Assembly (NCBI GenBank): GCA_965285935.1
Contig: OZ260665.1
Span: forward strand, 16,740,001-16,804,000
Direction of reading: 5' to 3'
Length of the DNA: 64,000 nt
Origin: Ophelia neglecta
Taxonomy: Eukaryota
The translations under genes and the position numbers were made by a program. Below the pieces are notes generated by a model that was not told the DNA's origin, ran no database searches, and was given only the letters and a program-made list of their open reading frames with translations. Below, piece by piece: positions 46,286-59,710 of this stretch (within the stretch, counting starts at the first letter, position 1; every line of letters begins with the position of its first letter).

Positions 46286-49200
46286 CTCTCTGGAAGTGCC
46301 AGCCTCGCCTGTCAAACCCTGACGCTGATTTCACTTATCGGCCACCGCCGACGAATCTTGATTAAGAATCTAATGGGAAATTTTCATCAATCGCCGGGCA
46401 TTATATAGATGTCAGAGCAACAAATCTGGGTATTGGACAATTGAGACACCCGAGTTGCCCCAGTTTTGCATATCTCGGCAATAAGCGGCGGTTAGATTTG
46501 AGCTGACAGGGCCGAAGGGAAGTTATGGTAGATCGATAAGGTTCTCGGCTTGCCCCGTCACCCCTACCCGTAGTGGAGGCTTGGGGCCGGGGAGCTGCCA
46601 CACGCCGGCCCGGAGAACACATCACCCGGCCTCTCTGCCTTAGCGCAGCCCCTCACACCAGGCGGGGGCCGCCACCAAGGCGGAAAACTCGCTCTGCCAT
46701 ATCATACCAAACCCCTCGTCTGGAAAAATAACAATATCGGCAAGAAATGTGGCGAGAAAGAACACAGAGCCCGGTCAGGTAAAATAAAATATCTTATCCG
46801 TCACTATCTCTAGAACCTGATCAATGACACCGAGAAAATGGAGTCAACTTAAAAATATTTAGACGAGTCGGTATCCAAATTCTCTGGCAGGCTTTAACGC
46901 AGATACACGTTTGTGTAGTTTAAATATCATTGAACCTAATATTTGTGTATCTCTTTGTCTGTTGCCCTATTAAGGTCAAAATAAAGCAAGGCCGATCGTT
47001 TTATAAGCATTTTAGGTATCACGGATACCACCAACGTTAGGTTTTAATATCTCGACTGATGTCATTTAAAGATATCTAGATACACATTTCCCCCGTCAAT
47101 GCCTTGGCTATAACTATTTATGGGTGAGTCTTGTTCACTGTATACACAGGGCTATTTCCCAGCTATCTTTAAAAGCTCGATTTTGTTTCATCAATTATTT
47201 CTTCTAAGTCTGTTTTATTTTGTTCATTCTGATTGTTTTCCAAACTTCCCTTTCATAATTAAGCGTTTGGTTGGTGCAGCCTGCCGGTCGCCTCGCTTCT
47301 CACCTGGTGAACTCGCGAGATGGGAGATATTCTAGCCGTCTTTGTCGGCTGAAACCCGACACCACCATCAATAAAACATGGCCAACCCGTCCGCCCTCTT
47401 CTATGACATAATATCACATAATTTGATCATTCCCGCCAAACCAAAGCCGTTTCCTTGGTGGCCGGACAGCAGACGACAATCGGAGGTCACAGCACCGCGT
47501 TTGTAGCGTCCTGACATCACGTGATTTATGCCTCACTCCGAAATTCCTTGTTTTGTCATTTCTATTGGGTAGTTAGATCTGAATATGACCACATTCCAAT
47601 AAGAAAACACCCGGAATTCAATACTGATATTGTCCTATATAAATGCCCCCTTAATTCACAAAGGTTTGGGCGATAATCAGAGAGCTTGCCGTCGCTTGGT
47701 TACCAGTCGTTTATTGACTAAATATAGATATGGTGTAGATATTAGGAACCAGCCACAATCATGCAATCCCTAAGTAGTGTAGGCCCTAGCAGAGATATCT
47801 GGATACATGCAATCCACGAGGACACCAGATATAATTTGCATGTTAGCGAAATGGCAGTCCAGATTTTACCAGAATCCATCAATATGACTTAGTTATTTAC
47901 GCACTATAGACCCATATAGAAATATTTCATATAGTATCAGAATTACAATATTTATACAGATGCAACTGCTTGGATGGGTTACTCTTCCCTACGGTCATCT
48001 AACACTCTAGTGTAAGTTATTTTAATGAGGTATTCCTTTTAGGAATGGAGTTAGACAACTGAAACCGAGCCTAAAGCCCAGCTAATGCGACCACGTACGA
48101 CCGAGAATGGAACTGTACCCTCCGATATAACAAGGTGTAACCGGATTGAGGCCGACTTCAGACAATCACAAATATGATTGATGCTGGCTGAAGGCCCTAA
48201 TCCCGCTCACAATGGAAGTAAATGCCTTTCTCGCCGCTAACAAGACCAAATTAGCGGCGAAATCCGCGGTAAATCCGTGCGGGCGGCCGGGGAAGACATC
48301 CAATTGGGTAAGCTTGTATTCTGGCGGGGAGGCCGCCGCCCCCGACCCCTCTCGGCCCCCTTTGTGCCCCGGAGAGGGGGTACGTGTCCTGGTTACGTAA
48401 TGAGGGGGCCGTCCCCTAGTTACAGGGTTGGCATGGCAGATGGCTGGTGGGCTGGCTACAGGCCTCGAGTCGTCAGAAATGACGGCAGACTGACAGGTAG
48501 TGCCACATACACAATAATGTGGTGTAACAGCCGGAACTGTATGGAACGAGACCGCACAAACCAGCGCCAACGGACCAGTAAGTATCCCATAATGCAACAC
48601 GTAATCCTAAACTCAATAGCTTTTAAAATCACAGGCTATGATATTATAGACTTTTGAAAAATTCGTGATCAAAGTTACCTCCTTGGAATTGCTTGGTGTA
48701 TCTAAGCGAGTGCATATAGGCCTATGGGCCTAGGCCTATAGCGTCCATGCTGGTATCTGCCTATATGCAGCCATATACCTACAAACATATTGCCGATGGA
48801 TGTCCTCCATAATATACTGATCATATGTCTTGGCCGATACGTATTATTCATCTATGTATACTGCACTTTTCTGTCGTTTTTTCCGTTAGAAGTCAACTCA
48901 GTTATATCCGTGTTTAACCCCTCAGCTCTAGTTCCTTATTAACCCTCCAAGCCCGGCTGTTCTGTCCACCATACGGTCCAGGACCGTTTGCAGGTACATT
49001 TAGCAGTTTATTAACGATAATGTCCACTTGAGAGGGACACTTAGTGGAGATAGAGTAGCCGGCCAGTGACAGTATTTGCTCTATATTTCACAGGACGGGT
49101 GTATGCGTCGGGACGATGTAAAGCGGCACATATTTACAAGATAGCCTCGTTTTGAGAGTCACTCAGGTATGAAATGGTCCTATTTTCCGGCCCAGGTGGT

Positions 49201-49564
49201 TTGAAAGCTTGTTGGCTGGAGCGTGAGCGGTAATGGGGGGTTGAAGACGTGAGAGGCGAGATATGGACCGCAGCCCTCATATAGGGTCCCAACCCCCAAC
49301 CCCGACTCACCAACCCCTCGGAGGGGCGGGCGAGAACACGGGAAAATGTCTCCTGCCCGCTGATATAATTAAAGGTACACTGTCATAAAAACGTTTATCA
49401 GCAAGTTCAGGATATCAGTACTACCCAATTACGTTCTTAGTAATATTAATAATAATTCAGATGAATGTAAATGAGTTATTGAAGGTATTGAGGTATTTCC
49501 TCTTATTGTATGGTGTACCTATTGGCCTGGCTGTTTGAGGGGCAGCAAGGCCCGTTTCCCCCGT

Positions 49565-49682
49565 CACGCCGCCACCCCGACTGGGGAGGTCGCCCTCGGC
49601 GGCCCCGGAACCCTCCGCTCTCCCCCGGCACGCCGCCACCCCGGCCGGCGGGGTCGCCCTCGGCGGCCCCGGGCCCCTCCGC
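49565..49682. repeat. GC-rich duplication with a 64 bp period
   Basis: CACGCCGCCACCCCG...GGTCGCCCTCGGCGGCCCCGG...CCCTCCGC occurs twice. Confidence 0.85.
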
Positions 49683-50297
49683 CGGGGTCAGCCCGGCCGA
49701 GAGGCTACCGGTAGCACAAAGCCTCTACCCCCACGACAGACACACACCGCTGAATATCTGAAGGTGAATAATTACATCAATGTCGCAACTTGCATCACAA
49801 TCATGCCAAGCCTTTCAAGAAAAAATGTAATTTTGTAACTGAAGTCATGGGTTGAGAACTCATAACCTGGCGGTTTGAAAGGCATTGTGCGAACCTGACC
49901 AACTTTGACAAGAAGGCATGGGAAAGTTTGAAGAAATTCGCGGTGTACGTGGCAGGGAGGTACGACATACTCCATGGTATAGGCGGTATATTCCAGTATC
50001 AGACGTGAGATTGGGAGGAGAGGGACAAACTATTACCTTCTGTCGAAAACTACCATTCTCTCAAAAACAATCCAACACTTCATCTATACCACCTGATTCT
50101 TCGTACGACGGAGGGAGTGTAAATTGTTATTTTTCAATTTACCCTCCGTGAACTCTTTAGTTCTAACTCAGTTTTTAGGATACTAAGGATACTCAGGATA
50201 CAAGGATACAAGGATACAAGGATACAGGGAGCGGCAGGGATTTGTACGTGTACAGTCGAGGATATCCGAGTTGACAGGTTGGTAATGGATTAAGATA

Positions 50298-50475
50298 CAG
50301 TGAAACCTGTGAATTAAGACCACCAAAGGGACTGGAAAATGCCGGTCTGATTTCAGAGGTGGTCTGTTTATAAAGGTTATTTAACATTGAAAGTATACAG
50401 TATGGTCCTCATATTTGTGGTCTGAATTTAAAGGTGGTCTGATTATAGAGGTGGTCTTTAAGGCAGGTTTCCCTG
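50298..50475 (+). mobile_element. MITE family 1, full length, nearly identical to 37458-37636
   Basis: TA-CAGTGAAACCTG...CAGGTTTCCCTG-TA; about 4 differences from the 37458 copy. Confidence 0.95.
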
Positions 50476-50843
50476 TATATACAGTTTGTAGACTCCTAAT
50501 AGCGGTCACCCCGGACCGGGGACCACCGGTTGGGCCCGAGTAGGACGCAAGGCCCGGCGGTAAGTGTGGTGACGGGTATGTAATATATATATACAGTCAA
50601 ACTCAGCGGAGAGCACGGACAGACAAACACACCTACAGACGTAAACGACACAAACAAACAGATCACTTCATAGACCGAGCTATCAGTTAAAACTGAATGC
50701 TTAACCCGCAAAAAAATAATAACCGCGGCAGGCGTATGATAACGGCGGGAAATGGGGAAAAGTGACGACAGCGGTCGTCTGCGAATTACACCGACTTGCT
50801 CTTCTGACAAGAGAGTTCCCCTCGCCATAGATCGACCTATATA

Positions 50844-51156
50844 TAGTGAAACCTATCTAATTTTATGTGTAAAGAAACAGAATAAATTACATCAATCAAT
50901 CAATCAAACCTGTCTAATAAGGTCAGACAAGGGACTGGAAAAAATTAGGTAGGTGGAATAAAATAGGTAGGTGACCTTAATAGGCAGGTCAGTTAACGCA
51001 GGCACAAATGGGGATTGGGCTATCATTTAGTGACCTTAGTGGGCAGGTGACCTTATTACACAGGTGACCACAAACACAGGTTTCACTGTATTACTCAATG
51101 ACCTTAGTGGGCAGGTGACCTTATTACACAGGTGACCACAAACACAGGTTTCACTG
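50844..51156 (+). mobile_element. Related MITE (family 2) with a duplicated right end
   Basis: TAGTGAAACCT left end, AGGGACTGGAAAA core, internal CAGGTGACC repeats; ~58 bp right end ending CAGGTTTCACTG-TA present twice (ending 51088 and 51156). Confidence 0.75.
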
Positions 51157-52655
51157 TATCGTAAAGTCTTCCAATATCGCACATCTTCTAATATCGCGCA
51201 GAAAGTCGTGTACGCTGTAGTATATAGGCTATTCCCATTGTCGTGTAAAATACAGCAGTTTCCTACATCGTTTAATTTCGCGCAGTAAGTAGCCTTATTT
51301 CGCACACTTAGTAGATGATTTTTTCTGCCTCCTGATTGAAGAAGCATCACTTTTATGGCTCGTTGGAAAAGTCTGTACTTTCGCCTCTGAAAGAATGCGC
51401 AAGGCACGGGCCTAAACATTGTCTATAATACCAATGAACAGCGTAAGGTCAAGGAGTTGTCTAGTCAAAAGTATTTTAATAAATATCTAAATAGGACAAT
51501 GTAATGTTTTCAATGCTAGGCCCCTATATAGGCCTACAAGCGTCTACAAGCATGTACTTTTATTAAAGTATATATATTTGATATCGCTTATTGCCCTGCT
51601 TTAGGGTTCATAACTATTCTTATACAGTTTAAACGGTGAGGTGTATTTAAATATAATTAAATTTATTATTTAAGCGTGGTCTGGGCTTCACAAGACCATA
51701 AAAAAAGTAATGTTTTTGTCCCACAGTTTTTTATCCAATGCCAGCCAATAGCTGTGCTTTCATATATCTAAGTACTGACTGTAAGTACAGATTGTAAATT
51801 GGACTCTGCCAGGTAAAACGATAGATTGCGTGTCTAAGAGTGAAAACAGTTTGATATTTCTTAATTTTCTTCCTGCCAGCACCCTAATGGCCGTCATTAC
51901 AACGCTATAATTTACCTTCCGACAAGTGGTGCTTGAAACGATCACAAGCAGCCGTCCGAAAAAGACGCAACTGTCAGCTCTGATCGCCACGCATGGCCCG
52001 CTCCTAAACTCCTAAAATCGTCACGCATGGCGCACTCCTGAAAACAGGACACATTGTATACCAATGGGTATTTCAAATTTTTAATAAATAGGAAGAAATT
52101 GTTAGTTACAACCAAGTTTCTTCCGGGTAGATATTGATCCGCATTTTCTTTTTGTTATAGTGTTTCATAATAGAGTTGACCGAGACATTTTGATATAAAA
52201 ATAATTTAATTTAGTTAGATAACACTGATTAAAAATGGTGGCCTGGTTTCTAGGCTCTGTGTCAACGCTGCGTTAGCGGTGTCCATTAAAGGAAGCCCGG
52301 ATATACTCTTTCAGTTTAAACGTTTGAGATATCAGAAAAGAATACTTTGATGATTCTTAGTAATTATGACAAATTACAATTGATCTGCCCCCCCCCCCCC
52401 CACACACACACCAAAATGTTTTAGACAGCCTCTCACCTACCGGAGAGGCGACTTACTCATATCTCGTCTGCGAATTGTACACTCTCATTTTAATACTCTT
52501 AACTTTTAAATAGAGATGACCACTATTTTATGACGGCTGTCAGTGCCAAATCACCATCCAACACATTCTGTTAGAATATAGCGATTCCATGGAAACTATA
52601 TATCTCTATATATCTAGAAACCGTTTTAATAATGTTGACAGCTTAAACATAAGAC

Positions 52656-52922
52656 ATGTTAAATGTTAAGCACAGGCCTACTAGTGAAAAACAAATAGAG
52701 AATCTCAGCCTTCTGTAGAGGCCTTGACAGGCCTATACCCTTTACCATGACAAAGTCTTGTGCCAGCCATCTATTCTCAATGGGCAAATTACCCCACCTT
52801 ACCCTATCATAAGGTATGTTAAATCTTAAGCATAGGCCTGCTAGTGAAAATGAAAAAGAATTGCAGAATTCCAGCCTTCTGTAGAGGCCTAGATAGGCCC
52901 AGCCATCTATACTCAATGGCAA
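52656..52922. repeat. Diverged duplication with a 160 bp period
   Basis: ATGTTAAAT.TTAAGCA.AGGCCT.CTAGTGAAAA...CAGCCTTCTGTAGAGGCCT...CAGCCATCTAT.CTCAATGG at 52656 and 52816. Confidence 0.85.
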
Positions 52923-53756
52923 GCTAGACTAGTTTTGTTCTATCTCTTCGAGCCGACACGAACCCCTTGGCTTCTTTAATTTCAGTGATATTCATACCAC
53001 TGCATCTGTCATGACTTGGTTATAGGATCAAAACAGCTCCACAAAGGTAGCCTCCATTCGATGATGTGTATTTTGGCGTTTTTGTCAACCTGTTCAAGAT
53101 CAAACGATTTCTGGGGGTAAGTCAGCAAATGTTCGCGATCAGAAAAATGTTTGCGAATTTGGAGTTCGCGTCAATCTGATTTCCTGTTCGCTATTACACA
53201 TTACGTCCCACTAGTTTTAGTAGAAAATCACTGTTTATAATCACACGGCGACGAACATATAATTATGTTGAAGTATAATATACGACATTAACAGATCGAG
53301 AACATTTCTTGCTACAGTTGGCCTATTTTTACCAGCGGCGTCTTGTATTAGTTTCGTACCCAGTCTCCTGTGTGGCCTGTTTTTTCCGTGGACGTGTTGA
53401 TAAAGAAAATTAAAAGTTGGGCATACAGCAAAGAAATCACCAAACAACCAGAAACCACCATCGCGTCTGTCAAAGTGTGATATATATATTTATTGCCGTT
53501 GAAATCGAGGAAATAAATTCTTATTATAGGCTGGGCCATATAGGCCAGTTGAATTCACTTTGGGAAAAAACTTCGTTCAGGCCGTGTCAACTTACACACC
53601 GACAGTACTTAGCTTAATTATTCATTTTTCATGTTGGGTGCATCTTGTAATAAAGTTGTAATAGACTTGATGAAGAAAATAAATTAAATTAAATATTGCT
53701 ATTTATTGTAGATAAGCACCGGTTAACCATGAGTTTATTTAGTATATTTCATATTG

Positions 53757-53934
53757 CAGTGAAACCTGTGAATTGAGGCCACTCAAGGGACTGGAAAATA
53801 CTGGTCTGATTATAGAGGTGGTCTGTTTAGGCAGGTTTATTCATACTGAAAGTGTGCAGTATGGTATTCATACTAGTTGTCTGAATTGACAGGTGGTCTG
53901 AATATAGAGGTGGTCTTTAAGGCAGGTTTCACTG
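53757..53934 (+). mobile_element. MITE family 1, full length, followed by (TA)n
   Basis: CAGTGAAACCTG...CAGGTTTCACTG-TATATATA... Confidence 0.95.
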
Positions 53935-54812
53935 TATATATATATATATATATGTCGTAAGCAGTAGGCCTATAGGCTTGGCTGGGGTGAAGGGTAGTTT
54001 AGGGTATTCATTCATCGCCTACCGGTGTGCTGTCCTCAAAGCTCTAAATATATTCTCAATAGAATAACCACCAGACTGTACAGTTTATATAAAGTTTAGC
54101 CCAGCTGTGAGGTCTGTAGATTTTAATTCTTGGTTTTGTGAGCGGCGCTGTGGATTTGAGGCGGGGTTAAGGCCCACAGTTGTGTGTGTCATATAGATAA
54201 GGGGGTGTAGGAGTTTGTCTGTGTTTAGAAGGCAGGGTACGAGCCCCGGGGGTCTGAATGTCAGGCTTGGTCGGTCCGGTTTAATATACGGTTCCTGGGG
54301 GTGGGGTGCCGGGCTTGGAAGATGGAGTGTAGGTCCCTAGGGGTCTAACCTCCGCCCTCCCGGCGGTCTCTCCGGGTCGGTTGTTCGGGTTGGCCGCCCC
54401 CGGAGGCTCGTATGTCGGGCTCTGCCGGCCAGGGATGATATACGGGTCCTGAGGGTGGGCTGGCGGGGTTGGGTGTATCTCCCCGCGGTGCTCGGTCCCT
54501 ACCCCGTTCTCTCTGGGTCTCGTCGCCGGACCGGGTTCAGATCCCCCCGGAGACCCATCTCATCAGTCCCCGCCAACCTCCTCCCCTACCTCCGTGCCCC
54601 CCGAGGCCCTGGTACTGACGGCACATTAACCACAGGGTCCGCCACGGACCTCGCTCGCCCCTGGGGCTCTCCCGCCGCACATACCTCAAACACTGACTCA
54701 TACCTCCGCTAATAAACCAAAAAAAAAACAGCCGCTCTGACAAAACTGCTCGGCTAAGTCATCATTTTAGGTTCCAGTTTTGTTTGCCGGTGATACATCA
54801 TGATTGTGATCG

Positions 54813-55990
54813 CCTGGGGCCTGCTGGAAGGGCGGTGTGGGGAGGGGGTAGGGGGGTACGGGCCCTGGGGCCGGCTGGAAGGGCGGTGTGGGGAGGGGGT
54901 AGAGGGACCCTGGGGCCGGCTGGAAGGGCGGTGTGGGGAGGGGGTAGAGGGACCCTGGGGCCGGCTGGAAGGTTGGTGTGGGGAGGGGGTAGAGGGACCC
55001 TGGGGCCGGCTGGAAGGTTGGTGTGGGGAGGGGGTAGAGGGACCCTGGGGCCGGCTGGAAGGGCGGTGTGGGGAGGGGGTAGAGGGACCCTGGGGCCGGC
55101 TGGAAGGGCGGTGTGGGGCGGGGGTAGGCGGGTACGGACCCTGGGGCCGGCTGGCCGGAAGGGCGGTGTGGGGAGGGGGTAGAGGGACCCTGGGGCCGGC
55201 TGGAAGGGCGGTGTGGGGCGGGGGTAGGCGGGTACGGACCCTGGGGCCGGCTGGAAGGGCGGTGTGGGGAGGGGGTAGGGGGGTAGGGACCCTGGGGCCG
55301 GCTGGAAGGGCGGTGTGGGGAGGGGGTAGAGGGGCCCTGGGGCCGGCTGGAAGGGCGGTGTGGGGAGGGGGTAGAGGGACCCTGGGGCCGGCTGGAAGGG
55401 CGGTGTGGGGAGGGGGTAGAGGGACCCTGGGGCCGGCTGGAAGGGCGGTGTGGGGAGGGGGTAACGGGACCCTGGGGCCGGCTGGAAGGGCGGTGTGGGG
55501 AGGGGGTAGAGGGACCCTGGGGCCGGCTGGAAGGGCGGTGTGGGGAGGGGGTAGAGGGGCCCAGGGGACGGCTAGAAGGGCGGTGTGGGGAGGGGGTAGA
55601 GGGACCCTGGGGCCGGCTGGAAGGGCGGTGTGGGGAGGGGGTAGAGGGACCTTGGGGCCGGCTGGAAGGGCGGTGTGGGGAGGGGGTAGAGGGGCCCAGG
55701 GGACGGCTAGAAGGGCGGTGTGGGGAGGGGGTAGAGGGACCCTGGGGCCGGCTGGAAGGGCGGTGTGGGGAGGGGGTAGAGGGACCCTGGGGCCGGCTGG
55801 AAGGGCGTGGGGCGGGATGGAGGGGCGGCACCGTCCCAGGGGCCGACTGGAAGGGCGGTGTGGGGAGGGGGTAGAGGGGCGGCACTGTCCCAGGGGCTTG
55901 CTGGAAAGGCTGTGTGTGGTGGGGTGGGGTGTCAAGATCCCAGACGCGGGCTTGGAGGGCGGTGTGGGGGAAGGGGGTAGGGCCCCAGGG
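54813..55990. repeat. 45 bp G-rich minisatellite (CCCTGGGGCCGGCTGGAAGGGCGGTGTGGGGAGGGGGTAGAGGGA), about 25 units
   Basis: Direct tandem units; source of the spurious 421-446 aa ORFs. Confidence 0.98.
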
Positions 55991-58900
55991 GCGGACGATG
56001 CTCTCACACCAAGGGGCCGGGGGCAGGGCAGGGGGCAGGGAGGACTCGCATCCCCGAGGCGATAACATAGGGTTAACCCCAAGAGGCTGTACACATCGGG
56101 CCTACATATAGGCCTATATATTCACAAATAAGGTCCCTCACTGTTACGTCAGGCTAAGTTCCTAGGCCTAAAGGCTCATATAGGTGTCTTAAGAAGAGAA
56201 AAGGTTAATTAGCTAACAAGTGCCGGTTTTAGAGGCCTCACTGCTTAACATCTTAGGTATGTTTTATATCTAAGGGCCTATAGAGGCTGGTCACTACAGG
56301 CCTTATAGAAAGGGGTGTCCAACACAGGAATCTCACATTCTTGGGGAGTGCGAGGTGGGGGGGGGGGGGTCCGTGCCTCAGGGTTCCACAGGACCCCTCT
56401 CCAGGAGAAGGACCCTACCCCTACACGTAGAGGAACCACCAAACACTCCAGGCTAAATTTAATTTAAAAGACTCCCGTGCAGCCAACCCTTTTATTTCAT
56501 ATACGGTTCATTTTACCTGAGAGATTCGAGATTCCAGATTAGGCCTATAACTGGGTTTGGGCGATATATCCAGCGGATGTAGGAAATTGACTGGTGGTGC
56601 CATTGGTTAAATAAATGAATTTTCCTGGGCAATTTTTCTCTGTATTCTCGTTTCTTATGGGCCTACATAATCATATGATCCTTGTAGGTTTAATAAATAT
56701 TTGCTAACACATTGGGATAATTGTTAGGCTTTTTCATTTATGAGTAGGCCTTTAGGCATATTACGTGTTTAGTTGCCAGGGTAGGCACATACACTATAAT
56801 TTTATGCCGTCTTGCATGCCTGTATGTTATCAGCCCGCCGTCGACTCGGGTCTGACCGGAGCTCCGACCGTCCGTCTACCAGGGGACGGTCGTCTGCCCG
56901 TGACCTAGCCGAGGTCAGATTGATAACTACCCTCGGCCTGGGCTCCTCGGCCTATACTCACAGGAGCCCTCTGCCCCCGGCCTCTAGGGGGATTGGTTCT
57001 GGCCGGTACTCCCCACTCCATCATTTCTAGCCAGCGAGTCGGTTAGCCGAGTTATTTAGCGGGACAATGAGTAGCGACCGTGGAGGGTAGGGGTCGGGTC
57101 TGCTGCCATTGTGCGGGCAGGAGGCGGCGGATTTCTGCCGTGTTAGGCCGGAGAGCGAGCCGGGGTTTGACGATGATAAATTGGGGGGTGAAGCAGTAGT
57201 CGTCCCCGGAATGTCGGGCGCCGTGGTGGGGACAATCAGCGGCCCGGCCCCGGACAATACAGCCAATGTGCCGTGCCCCGGCTCGAGGTCTCATCGTCTT
57301 CCGCCCGGCCGACCTCGCCTCTTCTCCACCGAGCGGAAAGCTCCCCACCCGCCTCTGTGTACACCCCAGCGGGCGACTAATACGGCGAACACGCGGCCAA
57401 ACACCCTGTCAAATGGCAAATACCGAGAACTAACACAGCGAACACCTCCACCCGCCAGGCAGAAACGGAAAACATCTCAAATAATACGCCAAGCACTGCA
57501 TCACACATACCGGCTACGTCAAATGTCAAACCCAGTCAAAAACAACTCGGTTAAACCGAGGAAAACCCAGCCTGATTAGGCTGTGGCTGTGGTCGGGATG
57601 CCTTCCCGGGCCCAGGAATGTGTCCTCCCCCCCCCCCCCCCCCACACCTAACAGATAATACCACAGAATCACGAGCTCCCTAGCCTAGCGGCCTCTTTAA
57701 CAACCTGACAATACACTGAAATACCTCACATTAGCATCTCATCTCGGCTAACAAACCACAAATTGTGTGACGGCTCTGGAAGCGGTTGTGGGCAGCTGTT
57801 AACCAGGGAGAGACGGAGATAATGAGACGGTGATGAGAGGAGTGAGAGGGGTCGGGGAGTGTACGCGCTCGGCTGTCCCCGGGGGGGAGGAGCCCAGGCA
57901 CCTCGGTCCAGGCTTCGACCCGCCAGGGTCCCTGGTCTCTCCGAGCTGCGGGTCTCGACCCTCCCTGAGTCTCCCGGGCTCGCGGGCTGCACGCCCTCGG
58001 ATACAAGCAGCCACGGAACTCACACGCACCGAGCAAATATACCAAAGGTAAAGTACAATGGGGAAATATGAATGAGAATTTAGTAGGATATTAGTAAAAA
58101 TTACCAGTCAGTTATTGTTTGCCACAAAATAATAGTTGATGAGACGCAGGTCGCCAGAGGGCGCGACCCTCTATGAGATAAGGCCGCTGCTGACGTCACA
58201 ATGTCGTCACATCCCCTCCAGGGCCGCTCACATCGCCCGCAATCACGGGGCGGTGGTAATCAGTTCCATTGTGATATACGCCAGCTCGTTAACGAGGTGA
58301 GACAGGGGGCCAGGGCGCCGGGAAGGTGCTATTAAATGTGGCCACCTTTATTCTTAGACATGTCAGCTTCTCCTACACATTGTCTCGGAGAAAACCGCCA
58401 CGGCGCCGCCTCAATTAGTCGTCTTCAGGCGCGGTAATTAGTTGGGCTTTGTGGGGCCGAGGGCGACTCACAGAGGGGGAGAGTCGAGCCCCAGCCCTGC
58501 CTCCCCCCAGGGCCCAGCCACAACACTCACCGACTTCAAAGTAAAGAGGCTAGCTCACTCCCAACGATTCTCACAACTCAGGTAAGGCACAGATATTGAA
58601 AACAACTACAATATTCGTTGAGTATTGTGCTCAAATTGTAAGACGCGATGCAAGAGCCGATACGTGCTCGAGGCGAGGGTTGAGTCGTATTCCTGGTTCG
58701 CCCTCACAAGCACGAGACAGCGACGCTTAGAGGCACAATGTCGATCTCTTCACTGAAAACATCACAGAGATCAAAGAGGGAGCAGGAGGAAGCTCTTAAA
58801 CGAGGAATCGAGTCGTCATTAGGAGAACTGAAAACTGGGCCCACTCTCTTCATAAACGGTACAACAAAAAGGGCTGACAGAAAAACATTGGTAGAAACTC

Positions 58901-59650
58901 ATCTATTATCAGTCACTTAAGATATTGAAATAAAGTGTCCGAGTCTCGCAGAAGAAATGATTACCTTGTAGGCTACCCTTGTCATAAAGATTCTTCTCCA
59001 TTGTAGGGCTGGCTACGCCGCGGCTTAACATAGCAATCAAACGTTTTTCTATCAATGAGCTTTATCGGTGGCTTATCTAGTGTTTTGTCGGTTTGGGCCA
59101 TTGTTTCAGAGATGCAACTCGCGGCCTCTCTCTCCTTTCTTGTCTTTTGTCCGGTTCAGGAATTTAATGGATGTTTCTACAGAATTCCCCTCTTTGAAAT
59201 TATTAATCATTCTTCTTGTAGGGTAGGGAAGACACATTAAGCAAAATTAAAAGCAATTTGAGCTTACATCTGGACGAGTGTTGAAATGTGAAGTCATATG
59301 TTCATACATACAATAACCCCAGCTGAGCACGACCTCTATCAAAGGCTGTAGGCCCGTTTGCAGTCTCTAGATGGCTACATTTGTTTTAATTTGTTGGGAA
59401 ATATATCATTATTTCTGAACTATTCAGCTATAGGTCTATGCTATAAAATTAGCTTCTGAATTTGTGTAACTTTTATTTTTTTCTGTATAGGGCACTTATC
59501 GCATTTCTCCCGCAATTAACGACTTAACCAAGATTTTAACCTCTCTCTGGTATAGAATAACACTACGAAGGTGGAGATATTACTTCGGTTATTATCAAAA
59601 ATCATTTGTATTAATGTATATGATTTTATCATCAACATTTATGAGATAAT

Positions 59651-59710
59651 ACAAATGAGATAACTTGGACCTTATCACTGCAGTGATAAGGTCCAAGTTA
59701 TCTCGTTTGT
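59651..59710. repeat. 60 bp spacer-less palindrome
   Basis: ACAAATGAGATAACTTGGACCTTATCACTG|CAGTGATAAGGTCCAAGTTATCTCGTTTGT; 29/30 positions complementary. Confidence 0.97.

Noticed and set aside
53005-53060. Minus-strand GGYLCGAVLI resembles a trypsin-like protease motif
   Set aside because: Immediate stop codon, no TAAHC motif and no supporting splice sites
54754-56094. 421-446 aa ORFs resembling extensin or collagen
   Set aside because: Overlapping ORFs on both strands produced by a 45 bp GC-rich repeat
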